From Pelagomonas calceolata (Eukaryota): a stretch of 64,000 nucleotides of DNA. Within the stretch, counting starts at the first letter, position 1, and each line of letters opens with the position of its first letter. Of this stretch, positions 42,175 to 52,158 are shown piece by piece. The translations under genes were made by a program, and so were the position numbers. The notes beneath the pieces are model-generated. The model ran no database searches, was not told where the DNA came from, and worked only from the letters and a program-made list of their open reading frames with translations. The stretch spans positions 2,232,001 to 2,296,000 of the forward strand of contig CAKKNE010000004.1 in NCBI GenBank assembly GCA_918797485.1, read 5' to 3'.

Positions 42175-42294
42175 CATAATAAAAAGCTGTTGCGTGCCGC
42201 TGTCGCAATTCTCTGCTCTTGCGAGGCACCAGAAGCTCAGCGAGGCCTCGCAGTACCGGCAACACCTCAGCCACGAACCCGCGGGGCGCTGCGA

Positions 42295-42385
42295 CCGCGC
42301 CGCGTTACGCAAAGCCGCTGCGCGCAGCAAACGGGCGCCGCCGCCGCGCCGCGTTACGCGAAGCCGCTGCGCGCAGTAAACGGGC
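42295..42385. repeat. Two 42-bp direct repeats (period 49)
   Basis: ccgcgccgcgttacgc(a/g)aagccgctgcgcgcag(c/t)aaacgggc at 42295 and 42344. Confidence 0.9.
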
Positions 42386-42435
42386 TGTACCTCGTACCGT
42401 CTCCGCGGACGAATTAGGCGTGCGTTCGCATCAAT

Positions 42436-43965
42436 ATGGCGTCAATTATGGAGGAGCCGGAGAAGCCGCCGTTCGCCAAAACCGGGAAAACCAGCAGACA
42501 TGCACTCGCTAGAGTCCTCGTCACACGACCCTCGCTCGTCGGCGAGCAGCAACTAGATAGAGACACAACTGCACTTGCGTGGGCGGATAAGCTGCTGGCG
42601 CCCAAGACCTCGCATCAAAAAGACATTCAGGAGCAGGCGTGGGCCCACCGCGACAAAGTCTGGCGCGACTACGAGAGCGCGTGCATCGCTTATAAAAAAA
42701 AGATGACGGAAGATGGCCAGCGCCCGAGACGCGGCCAAGACCCGGAGATCTTGGCCAAAAAAGAGGCGGAAGCGGCGAGGAGGAAGAAGGCGGAAGACGA
42801 GGAGGAGGCCAGGCTGGAGGCCAAGCGAAAAACCCAGGCGGCAAGGGTAGAAGACCACATTGAAAAACACGACGCCTTCATTCTGAACACCAAGACCAAG
42901 ACGATCAAATGCCGGGCGGGTAAACTCAAAGAGAGGACGCTGCCAGACAACCCGGAGAATCGGAGGTTATTCGAGGCGTCGGTCGCCGCGTCGGGGCGCG
43001 GGCGGCTGCAAGATCTCGCCGCCGCGGCGAAGAAACGGAAGCAGACCGGCCAATCGGCGCCGAAGCCGAGACCCTATGCCGTCCTGGCGTCGCCGTCGCA
43101 GGACGCGCCGCCGCCGGTGATGAAGAAGGCGCGGGCGTTGAAGAAGGGCGGGCGGGCGGCGCTGAAACAGCTGACGCAAGATCCGGCGGAAGCGGCGAGA
43201 CCGGCGCAGCAGGAGGCCCCGACGCGCAAGGCCCCGAAGCGCCGCAAGACCCCGGCGCCGCGCAAGGCGTCGACGTCGCTCAAGAAACGCGTGCCGTCGT
43301 GGTTGCAGGGATTTAGGGAGCTTGCCGTCGTCAACAGATTTAGTGTTCCCTTCGAGTTGCAGCAGTTGTTCGAAAACGACATGCGGAGTTGTTATAGGGA
43401 GCGGGCCCACTTCCTCACGAAGCCGACGGGCAAGCTGGAACCGATTTTCTTAGAAACGGACGCGGCCTACGCCGGCTTCATCGGGGCGATGGGCTTACCA
43501 GATTTCGTGGCGCCTCAAATTACAGTCCCGATGCATCCCGCCCAGTGGATCGGCGCGAACGACGGCTCCCAGGACGAGTGTAGGGTGATCTGGCGACGGG
43601 TGATGAGGGCGTACGAGGCGGACAGGACGTTAGATTTGGACGACCTCTTCAACGAGGAGGCGTGGAAGTGCGACTTCGGCGACACGGCCCTGAGCGCGCT
43701 GCACGGCTACGCCTTTGGCGCGGAGGACCTCGCGGACTACCGCGACGCCTGGCGCTTCCACGTCATCTTGGACGACGGCGGCGCGTCCTGCTCGGAATCC
43801 GTCGTCCTCTGGCCGACGCCGCTCGTGGAGCTCTTCAAGGGCGAGTCGGACTTCGAGGGGCTGGAGCGTTACATCGGCCCGGCGCGCCTCGGACACATAA
43901 AGGTGCTGATCACGAACGCGACGCGGGCGAAGGCGTCGCGGCAGAAGGCGTGCTTGGAGAAGTAA
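42436..43965 (+). CDS. Hypothetical protein (basic/coiled N-half, globular C-domain)
   Basis: 509-aa ORF with protein-like composition; no family recognised. Confidence 0.75.
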   Translation: MASIMEEPEKPPFAKTGKTSRHALARVLVTRPSLVGEQQLDRDTTALAWADKLLAPKTSHQKDIQEQAWAHRDKVWRDYESACIAYKKKMTEDGQRPRRGQDPEILAKKEAEAARRKKAEDEEEARLEAKRKTQAARVEDHIEKHDAFILNTKTKTIKCRAGKLKERTLPDNPENRRLFEASVAASGRGRLQDLAAAAKKRKQTGQSAPKPRPYAVLASPSQDAPPPVMKKARALKKGGRAALKQLTQDPAEAARPAQQEAPTRKAPKRRKTPAPRKASTSLKKRVPSWLQGFRELAVVNRFSVPFELQQLFENDMRSCYRERAHFLTKPTGKLEPIFLETDAAYAGFIGAMGLPDFVAPQITVPMHPAQWIGANDGSQDECRVIWRRVMRAYEADRTLDLDDLFNEEAWKCDFGDTALSALHGYAFGAEDLADYRDAWRFHVILDDGGASCSESVVLWPTPLVELFKGESDFEGLERYIGPARLGHIKVLITNATRAKASRQKACLEK

Positions 43966-44066
43966 GTTCGTTTATAAGTGTGCTAACAACAAAGGACACA
44001 GTCTCCGGGGATCCGGAATAAACAACATAAGTTAAGGGCGGCGAACGGCGCGGAGAGAAAACGACG

Positions 44067-44471
44067 TCAAGACCGATTCCACGTCAGCACCGTCACCGCC
44101 GAACACGCAAGCCCGAGAACAGCCCCGACGGCCATGGCGCACGCGCTCAGCGCGCGCGTCCGCGGCGGCGCGTTCGGCACCAATTTGAGGTGTACGGCGA
44201 GCGGGTAGACAAAGGCAAGCGGGATGCCGAGGAAGCCGCCGACGAGCGCGACGATCTTGTCGAGGCGCCGGACCTCGGCCACGGCCACGGCGACGAGCAC
44301 AGCGACGACCGCGGTCCGCGCGGCGTTGCCCTCGAGCTTGGACGTGCGCGGCCGCGGCGGCTTGATCGCGCGCGTCGGCGTGTCGGCCTCGGTGTCGGTC
44401 TCCGACGGCGGCTCGACCTGTTCATGACTCGTAGACGCGGCACCGACGGCGCGATCCGACGTCAACGGCAC
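44067..44471 (-). pseudogene. Orphan C-terminal fragment of an amino-acid transporter (AAAP/SLC36-like)
   Basis: RTAVVAVLVAVAV..LDKIVALVGGFLGIPLAFVYPLAVHLK resembles the last three TMs; no ATG and no room for the N-terminal part. Confidence 0.55.
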
Positions 44472-44528
44472 GCTGTCGACGCAAAGCGTGGCTAATAACG
44501 ATCAACACGATTACACAGTACGTCTCGG

Positions 44529-45485
44529 CTAGGCCACGGCGCAGCCGTTGTCCGGATTCTTCTCCGCGCCGCAGGGCTCCAGCCGCCCGATCTTGTGCTG
44601 CATCCACAGCTTTTGGGCCTTCGCCGAGTGGAAGCCGAGGTCCTCCGTGCAGTCCGCGCCGCCGGCCTTCCGGACGATGGACCGCGTCCCGGCCGGGTGC
44701 CGCGGCAGGAATGATGTGACATCAAAAACGTCGCGCCCGGCCACGAGCCAGCACGACTCCGCCGACGCGTGGCGCCGGACCTCGCAGGGCGAGAAGACGG
44801 CGCAGCCCCTACACATTTTGCGAGGCCGCAAGCGCCAGACCGCACATCTAGGGCAGTCCGGGTCGGCGCACGTGTCGTGGCAGTAGGGGCAGGCGTCGCA
44901 GGCGTCTACTTTCATAGCGTGGCCGTCGGACTCGTCAAAAGTCAAAGCGCGCTCGCGGCGCAGCGCCTCGTCGGTCGCGCGGTAGCGCGGCGACGTCGCG
45001 GGCGGCCAGGGCGCCGGCGCCGAGGCCGGCGCCGGCGCCCACGGTGGCGCCGCGGCGGCCGCCGCGGGCCTCGGCGCGGCGGCCGGCGGCCAGGGCGCGG
45101 GCGCCGACGGCGGCGCGAGGGGCGCGTAGGGCGCCGGCGCCGACGCCGGCGCGACGCCGGCGTCCGCGGAAATGTTCGAGAGCGTGCGCGCCGCCTGGGT
45201 CAGAGCGTGGCCCTCGCTTCCGCGGAAGTCTGGCGAGACCCGACCCGGCGGTTTCGGCGTCGCGCTGTCATCCAGGCTCATGGCGCTCAGGTTGCGCGTG
45301 AAGGAGCCCAGGGACTCGTGGCTGTGGGTCAGGGCGTGCGGCGCCGCGGCGCCGCCGCTTGAGGCGCGGCCTTTGGGACTGTCGGGTGGACAGTAGCAGT
45401 TCGGGTCGATGTGCGCGGTCGTGCAGTTGCACTGGTCGTCGGCCGGCGCGTGCGCTGCGCCTTGTGGCGCAGCTACATGATCCAT
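44529..45485 (-). CDS. Cytochrome b5-like heme-binding domain protein with Cys cluster and CaaX
   Basis: EVRRH..SCWLV..VFDVTSFLPRHPAG..GFHS..KIGRL; CDACPYCHDTCADPDCPRC; ends CAVA. Confidence 0.88.
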   Translation of the reverse strand: MDHVAAPQGAAHAPADDQCNCTTAHIDPNCYCPPDSPKGRASSGGAAAPHALTHSHESLGSFTRNLSAMSLDDSATPKPPGRVSPDFRGSEGHALTQAARTLSNISADAGVAPASAPAPYAPLAPPSAPAPWPPAAAPRPAAAAAAPPWAPAPASAPAPWPPATSPRYRATDEALRRERALTFDESDGHAMKVDACDACPYCHDTCADPDCPRCAVWRLRPRKMCRGCAVFSPCEVRRHASAESCWLVAGRDVFDVTSFLPRHPAGTRSIVRKAGGADCTEDLGFHSAKAQKLWMQHKIGRLEPCGAEKNPDNGCAVA

Positions 45486-45743
45486 CTTGCCCAGCGGGGC
45501 TTGAATCTCACGTGAAATAGCAGCAAGCGGCGCCAGGCCAAATGGTCGCCTAGTAGGTCCGAATACGAATTAGCCCCGCCAGAGACTCGGAGGCGCGCGC
45601 CGACGACGCCTGGGGACGAGCTCCGGCGAATTTTCGATATATTATACCTAGTATCTCAGCGCCGAGTTAGCCAGAGCCAGCGCCCATAATCGCACGCTGC
45701 CCCACGCTGCCCACGAAGCGCACGCAAGCCGACACTTGAAATC

Positions 45744-46463
45744 ATGGGAGCCGGAGGCTCCATCCCCGCGGACGAGGCGGCTGCCAAGGAGGCCGGCAAG
45801 ACCGACGACGAGATTGCCATCTACAAGTTCTGCGTCGGTCTCTAGCAGCGCATGAATGAACCCGTGGCCGTTCTCAGGACGTAGTGAAGCGCATCCGACT
45901 CACTGGTTGATTTGCGCACAGGCCTGCAGGACGGCTCGACCAAGGACGTCTCCGCCGAGGGCTGCGAGTTCGGCCCGCCCGGCGCGCCGCCGCTCCCGAT
46001 CGACGCCATGCTCGGCATCTGCAAGAACATGGTCGGCGCCCTGCCGGACTGGAAGTCGCTCTGCCTCGGCATCGAGAAGAACGAGGACGGCACCTACACC
46101 GTGCTCACGCAGCAGTGCTGCGGCGCGATGAAGGCCGACCTCCCCGCGGTCGAGGGCACGCCCTTCCCCGCGGTCGCGGTCGCCGAGATCCCGGAGGAGG
46201 CCAAGATCGAGATGACGTTGCCCGTGGAGGTCGGCACGTACACGATGGAGGACGGCAAGGTCAAGAAAGGGCTCTACGTCGGCGAGATTCGTGACGGCGT
46301 CGAGGGCGCCGCGGAGCCGACGCCGGCCTTCGTCGAGATGTGGAAGGCCGGCCCGGAGACCCAGGGCTTCGCGGGCTTCTTCAAGTTCGTCGGCAAGCCG
46401 CTGCCCGCGCCGCCGGCGGACGACGCGCCGGCCGAGGTCATCTCCGCCGCGCCCGCGGAGTAG
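45744..46463 (+). CDS. Myristoylated SnoaL/NTF2-like paralog 1 (intron 45838-45921)
   Basis: MGAGGSIPADEAAAKEAGKTDDEI; splice gives YKFCVG LQDGS, matching paralog 3 YKFCTGLADGS; fold assignment tentative (ALPDWK). Confidence 0.8.
45838..45921 (+). mobile_element. Introner-derived GT-AG intron (84 bp), absent from both paralogs
   Basis: Ends actcactggttgatttgcgcacag; left TIR eroded. Confidence 0.8.
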
Positions 46464-46639
46464 GCGTCGTGTACGTCCACCAACTCCACAGCACCAACTC
46501 CAGCTCCAGCTCCAGCTTCGATTCCGCTTCCCGAGACGCCGCGCGCTAACCTTATTCCGCCGACTAACTACGTAAAGGTAAGCTAAGATTAACGGGGGAG
46601 CGGGTATCGGGCGGGCGGTAGTGAGCTCGTCGAGGTCGC

Positions 46640-47296
46640 CTACTCGGCCGCCGGTGCTTCCTCGGCCGGCGCGGCCGCGGCACTAATAGTCTCGGCCTCC
46701 TCGGCCGGGGCCTCGGGCAGGGGCTTGCCGAGCATGCTGTAGATGGCGCCGAAGCCGCCCTTGCCGGCGTCCCACTGCTCCTGCAGGTACGGGGTGACAT
46801 CGGCGTTCGCGCCCTCGACTTCGGCGGGAGGCTTCGTCTCGCCGGTGCTCCCCGCCTTCTTGATCTTGCCGCCCTCGAGCGTGTACTTGAGCACTTCCAC
46901 GGGGAACACCATCTCGACCTTGGCCGAGTCCGGGATCTCGGCGACGGCGACCGCGGGGAACGGCGTGCCCTCGATGGCAGGCATGTCCGCCTTCATAGCA
47001 CCAACTATTTGCTGCTCAAGGGCCGTGTACGTGCCGTCGTCGTTCTTGGTGATCGACAGACACTGCGACTTCCAGTCGGGGAAGGCGCCTGAGAACTTGG
47101 TCGTGATGCCCATCATGAAGGGCACCGGGAAGGGCGGCGCGCCGGGATATTCAGCCTCGGCGTCCTCGGTGCAGTAGTTCGCAAAAGAGCCGTCTTGGTA
47201 GCCCTGGGACGCCTTGTAGATCATAATCTCCTCGTCGGTCTTGCCGGCCTCCTTGGCAGCAGCCTCGTCCGCGGGAATTGAGCCGCCGGCGCCCAT
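46640..47296 (-). CDS. Myristoylated SnoaL/NTF2-like paralog 2 (intronless)
   Basis: MGAGGSIPADEAAAKEAGKTDEEI..GAFPDWKS..GAMKADMPAIEGTPFP. Confidence 0.85.
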   Translation of the reverse strand: MGAGGSIPADEAAAKEAGKTDEEIMIYKASQGYQDGSFANYCTEDAEAEYPGAPPFPVPFMMGITTKFSGAFPDWKSQCLSITKNDDGTYTALEQQIVGAMKADMPAIEGTPFPAVAVAEIPDSAKVEMVFPVEVLKYTLEGGKIKKAGSTGETKPPAEVEGANADVTPYLQEQWDAGKGGFGAIYSMLGKPLPEAPAEEAETISAAAAPAEEAPAAE

Positions 47297-47390
47297 GGTG
47301 CTTTGGTGGTGCTTTTTGGAGGTTGGGGGCAGCGATGCGAGCTCTGTGGGAGCTCTTTTACCACTTTGGCGCTGCAGAGTCTGGCCGAGA

Positions 47391-47409
47391 CTAGCGAGAG
47401 CGCCACTAG
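47391..47409 (+). promoter_or_regulatory. CTAG-box element (short variant)
   Basis: ctagcgagagcgccactag; between divergent starts 47296 and 47700. Confidence 0.4.
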
Positions 47410-47699
47410 TTCCGCGGCGCACGGATCGCGAACGCACGAGTGCTGCACTGACCTCTCCGTGGGCCTGCGCCCGCCAACGAACGGTGCAGCGTCGTACCGA
47501 AATTCAGCGCCCCAGAGCAAAATCTGATACAGAGCACGAGGACCTTAAAAAGGAGCTCGCATTGCTGCCCTTTTAAGCACCAAAGCACCACGCCGCGGAG
47601 GGTCGCAAGCCACCCCGTCGATACCAACAAAAAGACACCACAAGGGCAGCGCACACCTGCCCTTTACACAGCACCCAAGTTCCAAGCACCAGAACCAAT

Positions 47700-48646
47700 A
47701 TGGGCGCAGCAGGCAGCATTCCGGCGGACGAGGCGGCTGCCAAGGAGGCCGGCAAGACCGACGACGAGATCGCCATCTACAAGTTCTGTACCGGCCTCGC
47801 AGATGGTTCCGCCAAGGAGCAGTGCGCCGAGGGCTGCGAGATGGGCCCGCCGGGCGCGCCGCCCCTCCCCATGGACGCGATGCTCGGCATCTGTGGAAAA
47901 ATGGTCGTCGCGTTCCCCGACTGGAAGAGCCTCTGCCTCGGCATCACCAAGAACGACGACGGGACGTACTCGGTGCTCACGCAGCAGGTCATCGGCGCCA
48001 TGAAGGCCGACCTGCCCGCGATCGAGGGCACGCCGTTCCCCGAGGTCAAGCTCGCGGATCTCCCCGACGAGGCCAAGATCGAGATGACACTACCCGTGGA
48101 AGGCGGTGCGCAAATCAAATTTCGCGGCGCTTGTGACCATGACTGAATCGTGACTGCACGCCATCGACGCGACGCCTGCTCGACGGCGCGGCGGTGCGGC
48201 TTTCGCACCCGACGCACGGGTCGACTTGCGCACAGGTGGAGGTCGGCAAGTACACGATGGAGGGCGGCAAGGTCAAGCAGGGCCTCTACGTCGGCGAGAT
48301 CAAGGAGGACGGCGTCGAGGGCGCCGCGGCGTCGACGCCCGCGCTCCTGGAGCTGATCAAGGGCGGCGACCTGGGCTTCGCCTGCTTCTTCAAGTTCATG
48401 GGCAAGCCCCTGCCCGCACCGCCGGCCTTCGATGACATGGACGCCGACGGCGACGGCGAGCTGACCGCCGAGGAAATTTTCGAGGCGCTCTCGAAGAATA
48501 ATCCGGACGTGACCCTCGAGCGCGTCCAGGAGATCGTCGCCAAGGCCGACGCCGACGGGAACGGCTCGGTATCCAAGCAGGAGTGGGAAGAGGCGACCGC
48601 CAAGGACCCGGGCCTAGTGCCAGCAGCCTGGCTCGCCAAGGAGTAG
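47700..48646 (+). CDS. Myristoylated SnoaL/NTF2-like paralog 3 with two C-terminal EF-hands (intron 48096-48235)
   Basis: MGAAGSIPAD..; splice gives TLP|VEVGKYTM as in paralog 1; DADGDGELTAEE and DADGNGSVSKQE. Confidence 0.87.
48096..48235 (+). mobile_element. Introner-derived GT-AG intron (140 bp), absent from both paralogs
   Basis: TSD gtggaagg/gtggaggt; ends cggtgcgcaaatcaaat / gacttgcgcacag; empty site cccgtggaggtc present in paralog 1. Confidence 0.88.
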
Positions 48647-48699
48647 GCGGTTTCGACGATACCGCTACCCCCCCGCCCACGTAACTACCGAAACTATGA

Positions 48700-50222
48700 T
48701 TACGTCGGCGGCGGCGGCGCCGACGGCAGCGCGACCATCGGTGTTGTCAGGAACGTTCCATCAGCAGCCATCGTGTGCTCCGGCCGCGGCTGCACCGAGC
48801 CGTGCACGGCGTTGATCTTCGCGAAGAGTAACCGTAGAACATGTTCCCTATCTTCAGCCGTCAAGTCGGAAAGCTGGACCCGCCCTTCATATCTTTTTGG
48901 AGGCTCGGTCTCCACTAAACCAAACCGCGAGACGTCCTTGCCCGCTTGTAGGGCCCGAATTTTCGGAAACGTCGCCGTACCGCTAGGGTCGTTGGACGCC
49001 GTCCGCATGGACGTCCGATAAGCCTGGACGTCCTTCGCGTAGGCCGCTTCCCGCTTCGCAGTGACTTCGGCCTTCACTCTCTCCAGGGCATCGAGGAAGA
49101 ACTGCTCGACCTCGGTTCTTTGTTCCAAGACCGTCTCCGCGGCCTTCCGTAATTTAGACAACTCCTTCTGCTTGATGCGCACCATCTGCCGCAGACCCGC
49201 CGCATCGAGCGTCTGCTCCTCGAGCGCGTTCTCGAGATTCCGTCGCAATTTACTCGTCTCGGCCTGCGTACTTTTCCTCAACTCTTTAAGTTGTGATTCA
49301 AGAGCAGTGATCCTCTCTTCTCTAGCTTTGGCCTCCTTGGTCTTGCGCACAGCTATCGCGGCTCGTTCCTTCTCGCTCTCGCGCAGCAGTTCCACGTCTC
49401 GCCGCGCCTCCGTGGCCAACGCCTTCCACTTACTCTCCTTGTGTTTCAGATCTTCACTCATCTCTCGTTGAAAATGCAATTCCTCTGACAATGATTTATT
49501 TTGAGCAACTACTTTGAGCGTATCGGCGTCCAGACCGCGCGCCATCTCGCGCCGAGCTTCCTTACGGATCTCCTTCGATCGACGCTCGTAGTCCTTCTGG
49601 AGCGCGCCCTTCTCGAGGATGCGAGCCCGTTCCGTGGCATCTCTCTCTTCTTGCCGCTCCTCGATGGACTGCCTTAATTTTCTCGCGAACCTGCGCGGAG
49701 CATTCAAACTCGAAAACTAAACCACCCACGTCATCGTGAGATGGACACGAGTCGTATTGAAGTGAAGGCACCTCCACACGACGGGACGCCGAGATCGCAC
49801 TCGTTCTTCTCGTCCTCGAGCTCGTCGCGCGCGTTCTTGAAGTTCTTGAAGCGTCGCAAATCATCTTTGAGGAACGTGATTTCTTTGGAGGACGACTCTT
49901 TCAGGTCGTTCAACTCCGTCGTGAGCTCCCGCTCCCGCTCCCGGAACTTTTTGTCATGTTCCTTGTTTTCCTTTTCTCGGAGTAACTCAAGTTCCTCGAC
50001 CCTTTTCTGAGCTTTCTTCAGCAGTGTATCTTTCCCGCCGACCTCCCGCTGGAAGAACGCTACAAATTCATGAGTGTCGCGCTCGCTCTTCTCTAGTCGT
50101 CCCTTAAGCAGCTCGTTCTCGCGGCGGCACGCCTCGAGCTGCGTGGTCGCCTCCTCGAGCTTGGCCGCTTCGAGCTGGTGTGTGAGCGTGAGGACCTCCG
50201 GCGGGAGGGCGAGGTTGTCCAT
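48700..50222 (-). CDS. BBOF1: Basal body-orientation factor 1 (CCDC176)-like coiled-coil protein; intron 49691-49800
   Basis: EQRTEVEQFFLDALERVK and LSDLTAEDREHVLRLLFAKIN; a GT-AG intron joins two ORFs (NE|FARKL); start uncertain. Confidence 0.8.
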
Positions 50223-50736
50223 TGGTTATGTCGCGTCTCGCGTCGGTGGCGTGCTGGGGGCAGGCAGCCTCTCCTGGTAGGGTGCTGGGGGCAACTTGTC
50301 CCTTGAGGTGGCACTCCGAGTTAGGCGTCGCAGCGGCGGCGTCCGTGGCTCCCTCTGCGCGCGTCTCAAGCCGCGACGGGCAGTCCTAGGTCGCCCTCCT
50401 CGCGCGCAACACGGCGCGTTATTGCCAAGGCCAGGCCCCCGTCCCGTCTCGGACGGCGGTCGTGTTTTACGTAGGGGAGGCTTCGGGCGGACGCGTGGGA
50501 CCCCGACGGAGCAAAGGTCGCCGGCCGGCCTCGGGTTCGGGTTCGCCGACCCCAAACAACAAACTTGACAATAGGAGCGCCCGCCGGCGCGGCGAGGCGT
50601 GGCCGCCGAGGGCTGGTGGATCATTGTGCTGTGAAGGCGGTCCGCACCAGCAGCGAGCGCCCCGGGCAGCCGTCGCGGGCTGCCGACATCGGAACCGCCC
50701 AATCCGCCGCCGCGGCGACGGGCGCCGCGCGGCAGC

Positions 50737-51627
50737 ATGGTCACCATAAAACCCCCGCCCAGGACACCGCCGAAGAAGAACCGGATGGACAACACGCAAT
50801 CTTCCTTCGGCAGCATCGGCAGCGCGACCTCGAGCCTCATGGACCTCACGAGCCGGGGCGCGAAAGCGGACGAGGCCGGCGTCGCCCAGGCGGCCATGGC
50901 CGCCGACGCGGAACGACAAGAGGTCGAGGAACGAGAAAGGGCGTTGAGCGGCGACCTCGGCCAGGACGAGTCTGATGGCGAAGACGTTAATTTCGTCGTA
51001 GAGCATCCCCCTTTAGCTTTTGATACAAATGCGAACATGATCTGCACCTTCACGTCCGAGATCTTCTGCGAGTGTAGTGTGGAGCGGCTGCGGTCGCATG
51101 AGACCGTTGTGCGCATTTGTGATGATCACCCTTTGGCACTGCATCCTGATGGTACAGATATTGACTTCGAGAAGGGCGTGCCCTGCGAAGCATTCCGGAA
51201 TTTACTGCAAGGTAAAAAGATCACGCGAGCCGCGATCACATTAGGTAAACACTCAGCAAGATGGATCCACATCGAGCCGCCATGTAAGGCCGAAGTGCAT
51301 TTCTCACATGCTCGAAGACCACTCGGCGCGGCGAACTTCGAGGACGGGTCGACGTTTGTCGACTACGGCTTCCCTTCCGCTGGGCCTTGTAGGTACTTCC
51401 CCGCGGCGCACGAAAGTGCCGACCGACTCCTCGAATTAGGACTGAGACCGCCGTCCAAAGGTGGGGCGGGCTGGACGGCGCCCCTCGTAGCTGAGGGCCT
51501 GCGCTGCTGCGGCCGGGCCTGTTGCAACGGCAAGTACAAGGAGCCTCCTGATTTACCTGGAGACGATAGTCGGGGGCCGGAGCCGTCGTACCTGACGCCG
51601 CGCGAGGGCTGCTGCGCGGTGTCGTAA
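50737..51627 (+). CDS. Hypothetical protein with C-terminal CCaaX (GCCAVS)
   Basis: 296-aa ORF; prenylation/palmitoylation-like tail. Confidence 0.7.
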   Translation: MVTIKPPPRTPPKKNRMDNTQSSFGSIGSATSSLMDLTSRGAKADEAGVAQAAMAADAERQEVEERERALSGDLGQDESDGEDVNFVVEHPPLAFDTNANMICTFTSEIFCECSVERLRSHETVVRICDDHPLALHPDGTDIDFEKGVPCEAFRNLLQGKKITRAAITLGKHSARWIHIEPPCKAEVHFSHARRPLGAANFEDGSTFVDYGFPSAGPCRYFPAAHESADRLLELGLRPPSKGGAGWTAPLVAEGLRCCGRACCNGKYKEPPDLPGDDSRGPEPSYLTPREGCCAVS

Positions 51628-51728
51628 ATTCGCTGAACATAACTTAGAGTTGCTTGTTTGCTTTTGCTTAGAGCCTAGGCTGCCTCGCCTCGCCGCGGAG
51701 CCGACGCGTTAACAGCCATGGTCCGGCG

Positions 51729-51749
51729 CTAGCTCTTAGGGGCTGCTAG
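51729..51749 (-). promoter_or_regulatory. Degenerate CTAG-box element
   Basis: Reverse complement ctagcagcccctaagagctag, upstream of the cold-shock-domain gene. Confidence 0.35.
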
Positions 51750-52158
51750 GAGTCTTGTGGCGCGAGTTTTTGACTCGAGTCGCCTGCTGCTCCAACTTGA
51801 GGTGAGACGCGGGGAGCGCGCGGGAGCCTTGGCGCATTTCCCCGCTTCCAGGCAGCGAGGCGGTGCTGGCAGAAGGCCACGGGACGCTTCCGGATTGAAA
51901 TCTGCGGTCTGGCTTTTTTTGAACCATTAGCGGCTCGCTGGGTGTCAGCTTCGTCTCCTTACTCGTTTGCCGCACGTCAGGTAAAGCTGTCCATACAGAG
52001 CATTATTCGGCTCGGACTTTTTCCAAAAGTTGTGCAAAACGTTCAACCAGGTCCCGCTGACGCTCTCTCGAAGCAGCAGCGCTTCGCGGCACGCCTAAAA
52101 CTTTTTTGGACAAGGCTGCAAGGCGATACTTTTTTTGGAACCCGGTGTTCGCCGGACC

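Noticed and set aside
41382..42330. Minus-strand ORFs such as 41709-42071
   Set aside because: No recognisable motif or coding-like composition in any frame; left uncalled
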